From Pseudobdellovibrionaceae bacterium (GTDB lineage: Bacteria; Bdellovibrionota; Bdellovibrionia; Bdellovibrionales; Bdellovibrionaceae), in assembly GCA_016785955.1 (NCBI GenBank), contig JAEUWH010000086.1:13561-77560 (forward strand): a stretch of DNA of 64,000 bases, in the 5' to 3' direction. Below, piece after piece: positions 46,456 to 55,981 of the stretch (positions are counted from its first letter, which is position 1; each line of letters begins with the position of its first letter). The notes beneath the pieces are model-generated. The model saw nothing but the letters and a program-made list of their open reading frames with translations. It had not been told where the DNA came from and did no database searches. The translations under genes were made by a program, and so were the position numbers.

Positions 46456-46847
46456 CAAGAACCGAATACTTTTTTAAGAATGAGAGGACAATAACCTGGG
46501 CGCGGTCCTATAGCCGGAAACTGTCGACACACATCAGGCCGTGTACTATAAGATGTGCATAGCCTGGTTTTAGAGTCTAAGAAAATGCAATCACGATTCG
46601 CTTTTTGGGTTAACATAAAAAGTCCTGTAGCCTCGCGATAAGAAGTAATCCACTTCTCTTTTACAAGTCGTTTAGCAATTTTTCGAACTGTTAAATTTTG
46701 CACTTCATCTTCAGAAACTAAGTTCAATCTAATTAAATCAGAGAGTGTAACTTCAACGGGCATGGTACAACAGCTGGCATTACAGCTGCGGCATGCTTCA
46801 TCAGAGGAAAATTTTCTCCATGTAGAGGGTCTATCAATATCAATCAT
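46455..46847 (-). CDS. YkgJ-family (CxxCxxCC-type) zinc/iron-chelating cysteine-cluster protein
   Basis: CRSCNASCC near the N-terminus plus further Cys (RDCIF, RLCTSY, DVCRQF). An alternative GTG start lies at 46856. Confidence 0.7.
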   Translation of the reverse strand: MIDIDRPSTWRKFSSDEACRSCNASCCTMPVEVTLSDLIRLNLVSEDEVQNLTVRKIAKRLVKEKWITSYREATGLFMLTQKANRDCIFLDSKTRLCTSYSTRPDVCRQFPAIGPRPGYCPLILKKVFGS

Positions 46848-46968
46848 ACTTGGCACACTAGAAAGTTTTAATCGGTGTAATGATCATAGACCTAATTGTA
46901 TAGTTATTTTTTTCCACGTATCATTACAAATGAATCACCCCTAATAAGTGAATTTTTTTCCTTCTCCC

Positions 46969-46976
46969 TGTATAAT
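46969..46976 (+). promoter_or_regulatory. Candidate extended -10 promoter element TGTATAAT
   Basis: An exact TGnTATAAT about 115 nt upstream of the ATG at 47091 in an AT-rich spacer. No clear -35 element. Confidence 0.35.
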
Positions 46977-47090
46977 TTCTAGTCATCCTCAAATTGCCAA
47001 AATTTATGTTCCATTACCCCAAGTAAATGACCTCACATCTGGACCTTGGGATGTTTGACGACCACGTATCTAGCCTATAGCCTTATTCGT

Positions 47091-48014
47091 ATGAATACAC
47101 CCGAGCATGAAAAATTATTTGATGAAATTTGCAATAAACTTAACGAACTTTCTCATCGCGATGATGTTTCGTTACCACAAACGAATAAAATCGAAAAGAT
47201 GCAAACTCAAATTAAAAAATTCCACAGTGACTTGCTAGATACGCAAGATGAATTCCGGAACAAAATTAAATCACTTGAGAGCCTACAGGTGTCTAAGTCC
47301 GAGAATAACACACAACTACGCTTGCTTACCGAGCAATTGCAAACAGAACGTAATCTGAACACAAAGTTGAATGCTGACCTTGTTAAATCCAACGAAATTG
47401 CCCTACATCTGCAATTAGAAATGCAAGGCTTAAAAACTCGTGCACAGCAAATTCAAAATGAAGAGCGTAAATACAATATTCAGCTGCAAGAAAAAATCAA
47501 AAACTCTCAAAAAGACTTGGAACTAAATGAGGCTGTTAAAGAGGAACTAAGTCTAGAGCTGGCAAAAGCCAAGAACCAGTTCCAAATGGACCGCACAGAG
47601 TGGTCAAGTGAAAAAGAGAAAATTAGCTCGACTGTCGAAGAGTTAAATCAAAAGATGATAGAAAAAGATAGTCAGATTATGGCTCTGGCGAACCAAATTG
47701 AAGAACTTCAGACATCGCTCAATGAGATAGAGGAAGCCAGCCACAAACAAAACGAGAATATGAAGAATTTGATGACGGTGGCTGAAAACAAGATTGTCGA
47801 ATTAAAGATGGGTTACGACAAAAAACATATCGAAGCTCAAGACTATTACAACCATTTACAGCAAGGTTTGACTCAAATTAACCTTCTAAAGCAAGAAAAT
47901 GCTAATCTTAAAGAATACGTGACAAAGGTTAACCATTTCTTGCAACAACAACAGCAAATGCAAGCCAATACCCAACCGACGGCTCCACAGACAAATACAA
48001 AACCAGCCAACTAA
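47091..48014 (+). CDS. Coiled-coil protein with a Gln-rich C-terminus, function unknown
   Basis: ATG at 47091 (the ORF-track start at 47046 is TTG). Heptad repeats run throughout. Confidence 0.6.
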   Translation: MNTPEHEKLFDEICNKLNELSHRDDVSLPQTNKIEKMQTQIKKFHSDLLDTQDEFRNKIKSLESLQVSKSENNTQLRLLTEQLQTERNLNTKLNADLVKSNEIALHLQLEMQGLKTRAQQIQNEERKYNIQLQEKIKNSQKDLELNEAVKEELSLELAKAKNQFQMDRTEWSSEKEKISSTVEELNQKMIEKDSQIMALANQIEELQTSLNEIEEASHKQNENMKNLMTVAENKIVELKMGYDKKHIEAQDYYNHLQQGLTQINLLKQENANLKEYVTKVNHFLQQQQQMQANTQPTAPQTNTKPAN

Positions 48015-48023
48015 GGGGATAAC

Positions 48024-48338
48024 ATGATTCTTACAACTATCGAGGTCGTGCCCGATAAAAAAATCGTGGCTCATTTCGGTATCGTCACAGGCTCAACCGT
48101 ACGCTCAAAGCATTTTGGGCGTGATTTATTTGCTGGTCTAAAAAATATTATCGGTGGAGAACTAAAAGCCTATACAGAGCTAATGGAAGAAACTCGAGAC
48201 GAAGCCACGGAACGTATGATCGCGCAAGCAACCAAGCTGGGGGCCAACGCAGTCATTGGGATTCGCTTTGCATCCAGCGACGTTGCTCCCGGTGCTGCTG
48301 AAGTTTTCGCCTACGGAACTGCCGTAAAGGTTGAATAG
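48024..48338 (+). CDS. ybjQ: YbjQ (UPF0145) family protein
   Basis: 104 aa. GIVTGSTVRSKHFGRDLFAGLKNIIGGELKAYT...AVIGIRF...FAYGTAVKV is the family pattern. Confidence 0.85.
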   Translation: MILTTIEVVPDKKIVAHFGIVTGSTVRSKHFGRDLFAGLKNIIGGELKAYTELMEETRDEATERMIAQATKLGANAVIGIRFASSDVAPGAAEVFAYGTAVKVE

Positions 48339-48778
48339 TGGAATTGATAATTCAACTTGGCTTTGTCGCATTCCTATTGGCGATAGGATACTTTTTTGGT
48401 TCTGCACGCGAACAAAGTCATTACAAAAGTATTATCCAACGCCAGAAATCAATGTCCCACTTGCCGACTCGGGCAGAGAAGATAAAAGACACGTCCCCGT
48501 ATTCTGAAGCAATGTTAGTCAGTGGCAGTGTTGTTATTGCCAGCGACTATTTCAAAAATTTTGTTGCTGGAATTAAAGGCTTCTTTGGAGGGCGTCTAAC
48601 AACATACGAAACTTTAATGGATCGCGGTCGTCGCGAGTCTATACTACGTATGAAAGAACAGGCACTCAAGTGGGGTGCGGATGAAATTCTGGAAGTTCGA
48701 TTGGAAATGGCGACCCTAGATGCCATTGGAATCGAAATGTTTGCCTACGGCACTGCTGTTAAAAAACATAAAGTATGA
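48338..48778 (+). CDS. Membrane-tethered YbjQ-like domain protein
   Basis: The GTG start overlaps the upstream TAG by 1 nt. An N-terminal TM is followed by FVAGIKGFFGGRLTTYETLM...FAYGTAVK. Confidence 0.7.
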   Translation: MELIIQLGFVAFLLAIGYFFGSAREQSHYKSIIQRQKSMSHLPTRAEKIKDTSPYSEAMLVSGSVVIASDYFKNFVAGIKGFFGGRLTTYETLMDRGRRESILRMKEQALKWGADEILEVRLEMATLDAIGIEMFAYGTAVKKHKV

Positions 48779-49587
48779 AGTATATTCCTTCTGAAGAAGC
48801 CGAAGAGATCAACTACCAAACAGAGCGGCATCCTTGGCTTAACGTTATTGTTTTGGTTGTTTCGGCGATCGCACTCTATCTGGTCTTTATATTTGCTATT
48901 GGATTATTCGGTGAAACATTGGCAGTTAAAATTCCTCCAAAATACGAAACTTCGATATTTTCATTCATGGATTTTGAAATTGCCAAAAAACCGTGGCCGT
49001 TAGGACAGGAAATTGTCGACGACATTTTTGCTCGAAATGAAATCGATCCCGAATTAAAACCACAAATATTTCTTTCTTGCGGAGATATGGTAAATGCCTT
49101 GGCATTGCCGGGAAAGCGAATCATCGTTTTTAAGGGTTTACTGAAGGACATTAAATCTTTAAATTCTCTATACTTCGTCATTGGCCATGAAATCGGTCAT
49201 GTCATCCACCGTGATCATCTACGCAGTATTGGCCGCGCTCTGGCTATTTCGATTGGTTTATTTTTTGTTAATGTAGGAACAGACTCGAATTCATTTTTCT
49301 CATTCAACCAGGCCATTATCGATCGCCGATTCAACCAAAATCAAGAAACGGCCAGTGACAATGAGGCGATTAAATTTACGGTAAAACGCTTTAATGGGCT
49401 TCATCGCTCGCATGACTTTTTTGATCAAATTTCAAAAACAGAAATAGGTTCAACAAAACTATCAGGATTCTTGAACACACACCCCTTGACAGAACATCGA
49501 ATTGAAAAAATAAAAAATCACAAAGACTACAATACAGATACGACAAACATCGAAGGCTTTGACTCAAAAACTCTGGACTGTCCTTAA
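48775..49587 (+). CDS. M48-family zinc metallopeptidase, membrane anchored
   Basis: ATGA overlap. N-terminal TM and VIGHEIGHVIHRDH (HExxH). Confidence 0.8.
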   Translation: MKYIPSEEAEEINYQTERHPWLNVIVLVVSAIALYLVFIFAIGLFGETLAVKIPPKYETSIFSFMDFEIAKKPWPLGQEIVDDIFARNEIDPELKPQIFLSCGDMVNALALPGKRIIVFKGLLKDIKSLNSLYFVIGHEIGHVIHRDHLRSIGRALAISIGLFFVNVGTDSNSFFSFNQAIIDRRFNQNQETASDNEAIKFTVKRFNGLHRSHDFFDQISKTEIGSTKLSGFLNTHPLTEHRIEKIKNHKDYNTDTTNIEGFDSKTLDCP

Positions 49588-49595
49588 AAAACGAA

Positions 49596-50897
49596 CTAAA
49601 TCACCTGTGCAGTAATCATTTTTAAATAGTAACCTTCTGGAAAGCTGAACAGATGAGGATGGTCAGCCGCATGCCCTCCTTGGGCGACAATTTTTCCCGA
49701 TCGGAATGCCTTGATTTGAGCACGATTAACAGAATCCTTTAGATCCTCTAAGGAAATAGCCCCCGAGCATGAACACGAGACAACAAATCCATACTTCTTA
49801 ATTCCCTTATAAGCTTTTAGATTCAATTTTTGATATGCTGATTTAGCTGCTGGCACATGATCCTTGCTTTTGGCAAACGCGGGGGGATCCACAATAATCA
49901 AATCATACGACTTATCTTCAATCACAAATGCTTCGTCTAGAACATCGATCATTCGACATTCCACATGAATTCCATAGCTATCCATGGTCGCTTTAGCTTT
50001 ATTTAGCGCGTCTTGAGAAATGTCTACTAGAACAAGCTCAGTTTTGACCCCCATTTGCTTTAGAATAATTCCCAAATACGCCGACCACTGGCCTAAATGG
50101 CAACATATATCCATAATCCGTACATTCTGTGGTTTGAAAAACTTCACATACTCGGTAAAAATCTCAGCCACGCGCAAAAGATTATAGTTTTGATCCAAAA
50201 AGAAGCCCGTTTTCTGTCCTCCCATCAAATCTGCCTGCATCTTGATTTCAGATTTCAAAAATTGATGATCAATTAAAATTGGCATTGTAGATAAATCTAC
50301 CTTTTGCTCGTTATTCAATACTTGCGGAGGGCCAAACGGTAGTCCTTCCTTTTCACGAATCTTGATGTCATTTCTCATGACCACGATCGATCGCTCCCAA
50401 GGAATTAGAATTCGATTCTCCTGTGCAAGACGGTCCACTAGATTTTTAAATACTTTTAAAGGATCAGAAATATACGAGTTGATCCCCGCCGTAGTGACTT
50501 GCACGACAAATACTTGATAGGCTTGTTGGTTCTTTTCCGATAAAAAGCGATCAACTATTAAACCCGGTAAAGAGTCATTTTCGCTGAAACATAAACGGAA
50601 GCTACGGTTATACCCTAAAGATAACCTTTGAATAAACAAATCATACAAACGTTCTTGCAGAAAACTCAATTTATTTTCAAGCTTCTCTCGAGAATCAAAT
50701 GTGACAGCTCGATAATAAAAAAATGATAGCGAGTTGGCAAAACCTCGAGACACAAACTGATTGTGCGCATCGCGAACCTCGATGATCTCGCCTGGGTTTA
50801 CAGACTCATTAGGTTTATCAAAAAGATTTTTCGCGATCCACGGATGATGGTGAAGAACTTTGGAATCGACGTTTTTTTTTAAATTTAATGTAATCAT
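49596..50897 (-). CDS. Class I SAM-dependent rRNA methyltransferase, RlmI/RlmK-like (PUA-like N-terminus)
   Basis: A PUA-like N-terminus. RIMDICCHLGQW (SAM motif I-like) and LIIVDPPAFAKSK. Confidence 0.7.
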   Translation of the reverse strand: MITLNLKKNVDSKVLHHHPWIAKNLFDKPNESVNPGEIIEVRDAHNQFVSRGFANSLSFFYYRAVTFDSREKLENKLSFLQERLYDLFIQRLSLGYNRSFRLCFSENDSLPGLIVDRFLSEKNQQAYQVFVVQVTTAGINSYISDPLKVFKNLVDRLAQENRILIPWERSIVVMRNDIKIREKEGLPFGPPQVLNNEQKVDLSTMPILIDHQFLKSEIKMQADLMGGQKTGFFLDQNYNLLRVAEIFTEYVKFFKPQNVRIMDICCHLGQWSAYLGIILKQMGVKTELVLVDISQDALNKAKATMDSYGIHVECRMIDVLDEAFVIEDKSYDLIIVDPPAFAKSKDHVPAAKSAYQKLNLKAYKGIKKYGFVVSCSCSGAISLEDLKDSVNRAQIKAFRSGKIVAQGGHAADHPHLFSFPEGYYLKMITAQVI

Positions 50898-51910
50898 TTA
50901 ACCTCGAAATCAAAAAAACTAAAAACGGTTTTTTCGAAACTATTAAAATTATCGTCACTGACAAGAACTAAATAACGTCTGCCATTCCACTCCAGCAGAG
51001 ACATGCCTTCATAGTTTTGGTTTAATTCCTCATTCGCGTTTTCTGGATTAATAATATATTTATCTTTGATTTCCCAAGAATCCTTCACAGATCTACGCTT
51101 AATTAACCAAACGATATTTGTATATTGCAGACTCAAAGACGCTTGCACCGAGCGAGTCAACAATAAGAGTGTGTTTTCAGAAACTTGAGTCAGCTCGCTA
51201 GCTCCATTGTATAAAAAGCTTCCCTCGATTTTTCCATTAAAATCTAGTTGCGACATTTTGTCATAGCTAAATTCTCCGTTTTTTTCCGTATACTCTAGAA
51301 TATAGAAAACTAAATCGCCATCTTTCTTCTGAACAAGACCACTTTCAGAGACCATTAACAACCGGCGAGACCTTTCGTCAAAATAAAGTCCTTCAAATGC
51401 CTTATTATTATAAAGCCCGCGGACCTGCTGACCATTGAACTTGGGAATAAAGTCCTCTGGTAAATCAATTTTCTGTTTGATTTCCTTATTCTTAACAAAA
51501 AATATTTCAGGCCAGATTTTTGGTTTGGCATTCAAATCCCCTTCAGAACTCAAAATCCATCCGCCATCAAACGGCGCGAGTGCCTCGAGATCAAAAACAG
51601 GAAGTTTTTTATTTTTTTTAAGCAACGAAATTTTCTCTTTTACGTCCAGCTTAAATATACCTGCCGAGCTTTTCTCCATTGGTACCGATAATTCCAATCG
51701 ATAAATTCTTGATTCACCAAACCGACCGCGATCGTCACTGACGACGTAAAAATCTTTGCCTTTGATGACCAGCCCAGAAAATCCCCCTAATTTGGTGGAT
51801 TGAAATTTATTTTTGGTATCGATGGTAATGGACTGCACAAGCTTCATCGATAACGACGCCTGCCCGATTCTACTATATATTAAAATAAATATAAATATCG
51901 AACGAATCAC
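50894..51910 (-). CDS. Secreted protein of the esterase-like activity of phytase family
   Basis: KLGGFSGLVIKGKDFYVVSDDRG and FEGL are typical of that family. GTG start and signal peptide. Confidence 0.6.
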   Translation of the reverse strand: MIRSIFIFILIYSRIGQASLSMKLVQSITIDTKNKFQSTKLGGFSGLVIKGKDFYVVSDDRGRFGESRIYRLELSVPMEKSSAGIFKLDVKEKISLLKKNKKLPVFDLEALAPFDGGWILSSEGDLNAKPKIWPEIFFVKNKEIKQKIDLPEDFIPKFNGQQVRGLYNNKAFEGLYFDERSRRLLMVSESGLVQKKDGDLVFYILEYTEKNGEFSYDKMSQLDFNGKIEGSFLYNGASELTQVSENTLLLLTRSVQASLSLQYTNIVWLIKRRSVKDSWEIKDKYIINPENANEELNQNYEGMSLLEWNGRRYLVLVSDDNFNSFEKTVFSFFDFEVK

Positions 51911-51919
51911 GTAGCTAGA

Positions 51920-52774
51920 TCAGGCCTTTGCCATGCGCATGCGAGCCAGTTTAATGGTGTTTTCCAGCAAACAGGCAATAGTCATAGGACCAACACCGCC
52001 GGGGACTGGTGTGATCGCCTTTACGACTGCAGAAACCTCGTCGAATTTCACATCGCCGCCTAGTTTTCCATTTAAATCTTTATGAATTCCGACATCCACA
52101 ACCACATGATTTTTGTTAAAATACTCCGAGCCGAAGAAGCTCATTTTTCCCGCTGCAACCACAACAACTTCAGCATCCTGAACAACGTGTCGTAAGTTTT
52201 CGGTTCCGCTGTGAGCAATCGTTACGGTCGCGTTTTTCTTCAACAACAATGCGGCCATGGGTTTACCGACAATTTGACTACGTCCAATGACGACCGCGCG
52301 CTTTCCTTTTAAGGGAATATTGTAAAAATCTAGAATTTTTATCACGCCACTGGGGGTGCATGGCTGCACATGTTCAAAATCCGACCACAAATAACCAGCG
52401 GATAAAAATGTTAGACCGTCAGCATCTTTTTTTGGATCAATCGTCTTTAAAACCGCCGTTAGGTCTATGTGCTTAGGCACCGGCAACTGCACTAAAATAC
52501 CATCGACATTGTTATCGTTATTCAGTTTTTGGATTTCATTTTCTAGGTTAGCTTGGGTCACATTTGAATCCAAATTAATGATTTCGGATCCCATACCCAC
52601 CTTCTGACAAGCCATATGTTTACTTTTTACGTACACCATACTGGCGGGGTCGTTTCCAACGATAATCACTTTCAAACAAGGTTTGCGGTGGTAGGCTTTC
52701 TCGAACTCGACGACATCTAAGGCTAATTTTGCTTTCAGATCATCGGCGACTTTGCGCCCGTCCAAAAGTATCAT
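51920..52774 (-). CDS. folD: Bifunctional methylenetetrahydrofolate dehydrogenase/cyclohydrolase
   Basis: ILVQLPVP, DVDGL-type DADGLT, VVIGRSQIVGKPMA and PVPGGVGPMT. Confidence 0.93.
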   Translation of the reverse strand: MILLDGRKVADDLKAKLALDVVEFEKAYHRKPCLKVIIVGNDPASMVYVKSKHMACQKVGMGSEIINLDSNVTQANLENEIQKLNNDNNVDGILVQLPVPKHIDLTAVLKTIDPKKDADGLTFLSAGYLWSDFEHVQPCTPSGVIKILDFYNIPLKGKRAVVIGRSQIVGKPMAALLLKKNATVTIAHSGTENLRHVVQDAEVVVVAAGKMSFFGSEYFNKNHVVVDVGIHKDLNGKLGGDVKFDEVSAVVKAITPVPGGVGPMTIACLLENTIKLARMRMAKA

Positions 52775-52921
52775 CGGATACCCCCTGTTTCTGTATGGTG
52801 ATGAGGTTGTTTTACCCCATACTTTTCAATTATTTAAATTATTTATTGACCCCCCTTTCAGAATTGATTAGTTTTCATAGGTCTCTTTATCGCCTAATGT
52901 CAATTTTCGGAGGAAAGACCC

Positions 52922-53179
52922 ATGTCTGAAAAAGTAAAATTATCCAAAGATGGCAGCAGCATCGATTTCGTACAATCTGAAAACGTTCCCACGTCTTTGA
53001 AAAAATTCAGACAAAGTCCTGAAATTGAAGGCTTTTATCGTTTTATTTATGAAAACGATTTGCAAAAAGAGGGTTACGAAATTCTGGATCGTATTATCAC
53101 TCAACGTAAATTAAAAAAGCAGGCCGATAAAAAACAAGCTGCTTTAGAAGATAAAAAAGATACTAAAAAGAAAAAATAG
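52922..53179 (+). CDS. Small Lys-rich hypothetical protein
   Basis: GGAGG RBS. 85 aa with a basic C-terminal tail. Confidence 0.5.
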   Translation: MSEKVKLSKDGSSIDFVQSENVPTSLKKFRQSPEIEGFYRFIYENDLQKEGYEILDRIITQRKLKKQADKKQAALEDKKDTKKKK

Positions 53180-53260
53180 TCCGACTTTCGACTCCTATTT
53201 CGAATTAACCTCACCCTGACCTTAGTTTAAAAGTTGCCTGCTTCCCGTCGCGGAGGCAGC

Positions 53261-53515
53261 ATGAAGTTTCAAAAAACAAAATTTAAAACACGTTCTCAAG
53301 GACAAGGCCTGGTCGAATATTTGATTATCGTATCTATCGTCGCCGTTGCGACCATTGGTATCGTCAAAGTCATCAGTCAAAATATGCGATTTCACTTTAC
53401 CCATGTCGCCGAAACCCTGGGTTCACGCGCCCCTGAAAGACCGCAACGTGGTGAAATCCGCAAATCTCATTTCGAAGCCAAAGACTTCAGTAATTTCTGG
53501 GAAGGTTCCAAGTGA
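53261..53515 (+). CDS. flp: Flp/Fap-family type IVb prepilin (long C-terminus)
   Basis: GGAGG RBS. GQGLVEYLIIVSIVAVATIG matches the Flp G/xxxxEY processing motif plus a hydrophobic helix. Confidence 0.75.
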   Translation: MKFQKTKFKTRSQGQGLVEYLIIVSIVAVATIGIVKVISQNMRFHFTHVAETLGSRAPERPQRGEIRKSHFEAKDFSNFWEGSK

Positions 53516-53871
53516 ACCAGCGAGGATTTTCTGTCATCGAGTTTGCCATTTCCGTGGTGTCTTTTGCGAGCGGACTCTACTTCATCTTCTGGGCTTGCTA
53601 TTTGGGTAGCAACTATTCACTAGCTCGCTACTATCTGGACGACTTTCTGTTTTGCGAAATGAAAGCTCACCCTAAAGAATGCTGGCAATCGCTGAAACGC
53701 CGTGTGGATTCCTTGAAATTCGTGGAAGTGAGGCAGCTCTCAACAAATATTTTGGGCCAAACAAAAACAGCGATTTTAGTGTTTAACTATTCTCTGCCTA
53801 TTTTCGGCCTGAGCCAGGGTATAACAAATATCAAACTTACGGCATCTCAACAAATAGGGAAATGGCAATGA
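53512..53871 (+). CDS. TadE/TadF-like pseudopilin
   Basis: The GTGA overlap couples it to flp. The N-terminus QRGFSVIEFAISVVSFASGLYFIF resembles the TadE-like N-terminal motif. Confidence 0.5.
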   Translation: MNQRGFSVIEFAISVVSFASGLYFIFWACYLGSNYSLARYYLDDFLFCEMKAHPKECWQSLKRRVDSLKFVEVRQLSTNILGQTKTAILVFNYSLPIFGLSQGITNIKLTASQQIGKWQ

Positions 53872-54554
53872 AACCAAATCACCATGGCTATGCGACAGTA
53901 TTGATTTGCATCTTGCTACCAGTTCTATTTATTGGGCTTGGACTTGTGACATTTAGCTTGGTGAAAACAAGATACAATACTCAGATCAAATCAACGTGCC
54001 AAATCCAATTTCAGGGCTATTTTTCCAAACTACGTTCTCAAATTCAATTTATAGAAAGCTGGAACTCGCTTGCTGTTTCTCTTTATCAAATGCAGACGGC
54101 GATGCTGCCATTCATCTGGTTGCCACCCGTTTTTAAAATGTATCGATCTCTTTTAAAAATCAGACAGCGTTTCGAGAAAATACAAAACACATTGATTCAT
54201 GCTTTCAATACCACTAACAAGCTAAAGTCCGTCTTGGTATTCGCCCACGTTCAACGATCACTCTTCAGTCAAAATAGAAAATTAACAAAAGTTCTTCCTC
54301 ATCAAAGTCAAATGACCTTTCAAGTGAACCCGAACCTGCAAATCGTAAAAAAAATGAATATTACATTTCCTCCCTATCAAGCTCATCGCGATATTCATGC
54401 GAGACAGGAATTTCTTATCTCTGTAAATAGTGTCATTCGACCCCAGGGATGGATGAATTTTTTTTCCGTAAGCAGACTAAACGAAAATTATACCTGCTCT
54501 GCTAGCCTAAAACAGAATCTTCAGAATCAACTCACAATTACCTATGCTATATGA
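53862..54554 (+). CDS. Putative Tad pilus accessory protein (TadG-like N-terminal anchor)
   Basis: The N-terminus GYATVLICILLPVLFIGLGLVTF. The call rests mainly on position within the flp operon. Confidence 0.35.
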   Translation: MAMKPNHHGYATVLICILLPVLFIGLGLVTFSLVKTRYNTQIKSTCQIQFQGYFSKLRSQIQFIESWNSLAVSLYQMQTAMLPFIWLPPVFKMYRSLLKIRQRFEKIQNTLIHAFNTTNKLKSVLVFAHVQRSLFSQNRKLTKVLPHQSQMTFQVNPNLQIVKKMNITFPPYQAHRDIHARQEFLISVNSVIRPQGWMNFFSVSRLNENYTCSASLKQNLQNQLTITYAI

Positions 54555-54649
54555 GCCATTTTTTTGAAGAACTGATTCTGCTAATTCTATTTTTTCTGAT
54601 TATTGCATTTTTAGCATTTATCGCGACAAACTCAAAGGGACATCTATGA
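54551..54649 (+). CDS. Unlisted 32-aa single-TM peptide, coupled at both ends
   Basis: MSHFFEELILLILFFLIIAFLAFIATNSKGHL. ATGA overlaps occur with both the upstream stop and the downstream start. Confidence 0.45.
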   Translation: MSHFFEELILLILFFLIIAFLAFIATNSKGHL

Positions 54650-55131
54650 AGGCATTCAAAAACTATTTGCAGAAAATATATGAAGGACTGGACCATAAAA
54701 ACAAGTTAATCATATTTTTTGTCATTGGATTTTTCTTAGTCGGTTACTCCCATCTCAAGCCAGTTCCTAAAGATGCTGATACTAACCGATTTCAAATTGA
54801 TACCATCATTCCGGAAGGCTACGTTCTGATTCCAATCGAAGTTCTAAACGCAGACTCTATCTCGGCGGTGATAGGCAGCCATGGTGTCGCTGATATTTAC
54901 TCAACGGTTCAAGGGGAAAAAGCAAAACGACTGTTTTCTCGAGCCAGAATTATTAAGTCACCATTAAATGAAGCCAGTTTTGCAGTTCTCGTGAAAGAAA
55001 CCAAGGCTTATTTACTCTCCCAAAGTAAAGATCCATTTTTTGCTGCTGTTCAGAATCCCAAAGCACGTGCTTACGAACAAGAGATACCAAGAAAGCAAAC
55101 ATCGACAATAAAAATTATTTACCAAAACTAA
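54646..55131 (+). CDS. Short CpaB/RcpC-like Flp pilus assembly protein
   Basis: N-terminal TM. IPEGYVLIPIEV...AVIGSHGVADIY resembles the RcpC/CpaB beta-clip region. It lacks the SAF-like N-terminal domain. Confidence 0.45.
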   Translation: MKAFKNYLQKIYEGLDHKNKLIIFFVIGFFLVGYSHLKPVPKDADTNRFQIDTIIPEGYVLIPIEVLNADSISAVIGSHGVADIYSTVQGEKAKRLFSRARIIKSPLNEASFAVLVKETKAYLLSQSKDPFFAAVQNPKARAYEQEIPRKQTSTIKIIYQN

Positions 55132-55141
55132 CGGGGGAAAA

Positions 55142-55981
55142 ATGTTTTTAAAATCTATCTTATGGCTTATTTTTCTTCATTCGTGTGCGCGTGCGCAGCA
55201 TTGGATCAATGCCTCTCAAGAGCGACTAGAGTTTCAAGAGTTTGTTTCTGAGCGCGAGGAAAATCGTATTTCCCAACACTATCTAGAATTTTATGAAAAC
55301 AAAAAAGTAAATCAAATCCAACTGCTGGACCAGATTCAATCGTGGTCAAAAAACAATATCTCTACGAACGCCATTGAAAAAGAACTACGAAATCTGCAAA
55401 ACGCACATACATTTAGCTCAAGTAATCGTCTCGCGTTATTTGAATATTTTAAAAATCAATCGGATGTCCCACTCCTGTGTCATATTTATGCCAATGATGT
55501 CGAAATCAAAAACGCAGAACCATTTTTTGATGCCACTTGTGGATTGAAGCCTATATCTTTGAAAGACTTAAATCCTCAATTTTTAAATTATGACTATTTG
55601 CTCGTCGATGGAAATCGAATAGATATTCAACCTTCATCCCAAATTTATTCGACGGGAAAAACACACCAAATGGTTTTCATTTCAGATCGCTTTATACCTC
55701 AGGAAGTGACTGGCACTATCCAAAAAATAAAACAAACACCGCATGCACCACAACCATGGGTCGAAGGAACATGCGATAACTTCAAAAGTGAAAATTCGAA
55801 ATTATCAGTGCCTGTGCAAGTGTACTTTTCCAAAACATGCACCCCTGGGATTCAGACCAACGAGTCTGCAACCTGGACTTATATTAAAAAAAATAAATAC
55901 ACGCTAATTACCACAATGGTTATCGCGGCGGCGGTAATATATCTTAACTCTCAATATGAATTGGGGGTAACTCTACCTTGA
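55142..55981 (+). CDS. Secreted protein with a C-terminal TM anchor, function unknown (last gene of the flp operon)
   Basis: Signal peptide MFLKSILWLIFLHSCARA. C-terminal TM LITTMVIAAAVIYL. Confidence 0.5.
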   Translation: MFLKSILWLIFLHSCARAQHWINASQERLEFQEFVSEREENRISQHYLEFYENKKVNQIQLLDQIQSWSKNNISTNAIEKELRNLQNAHTFSSSNRLALFEYFKNQSDVPLLCHIYANDVEIKNAEPFFDATCGLKPISLKDLNPQFLNYDYLLVDGNRIDIQPSSQIYSTGKTHQMVFISDRFIPQEVTGTIQKIKQTPHAPQPWVEGTCDNFKSENSKLSVPVQVYFSKTCTPGIQTNESATWTYIKKNKYTLITTMVIAAAVIYLNSQYELGVTLP

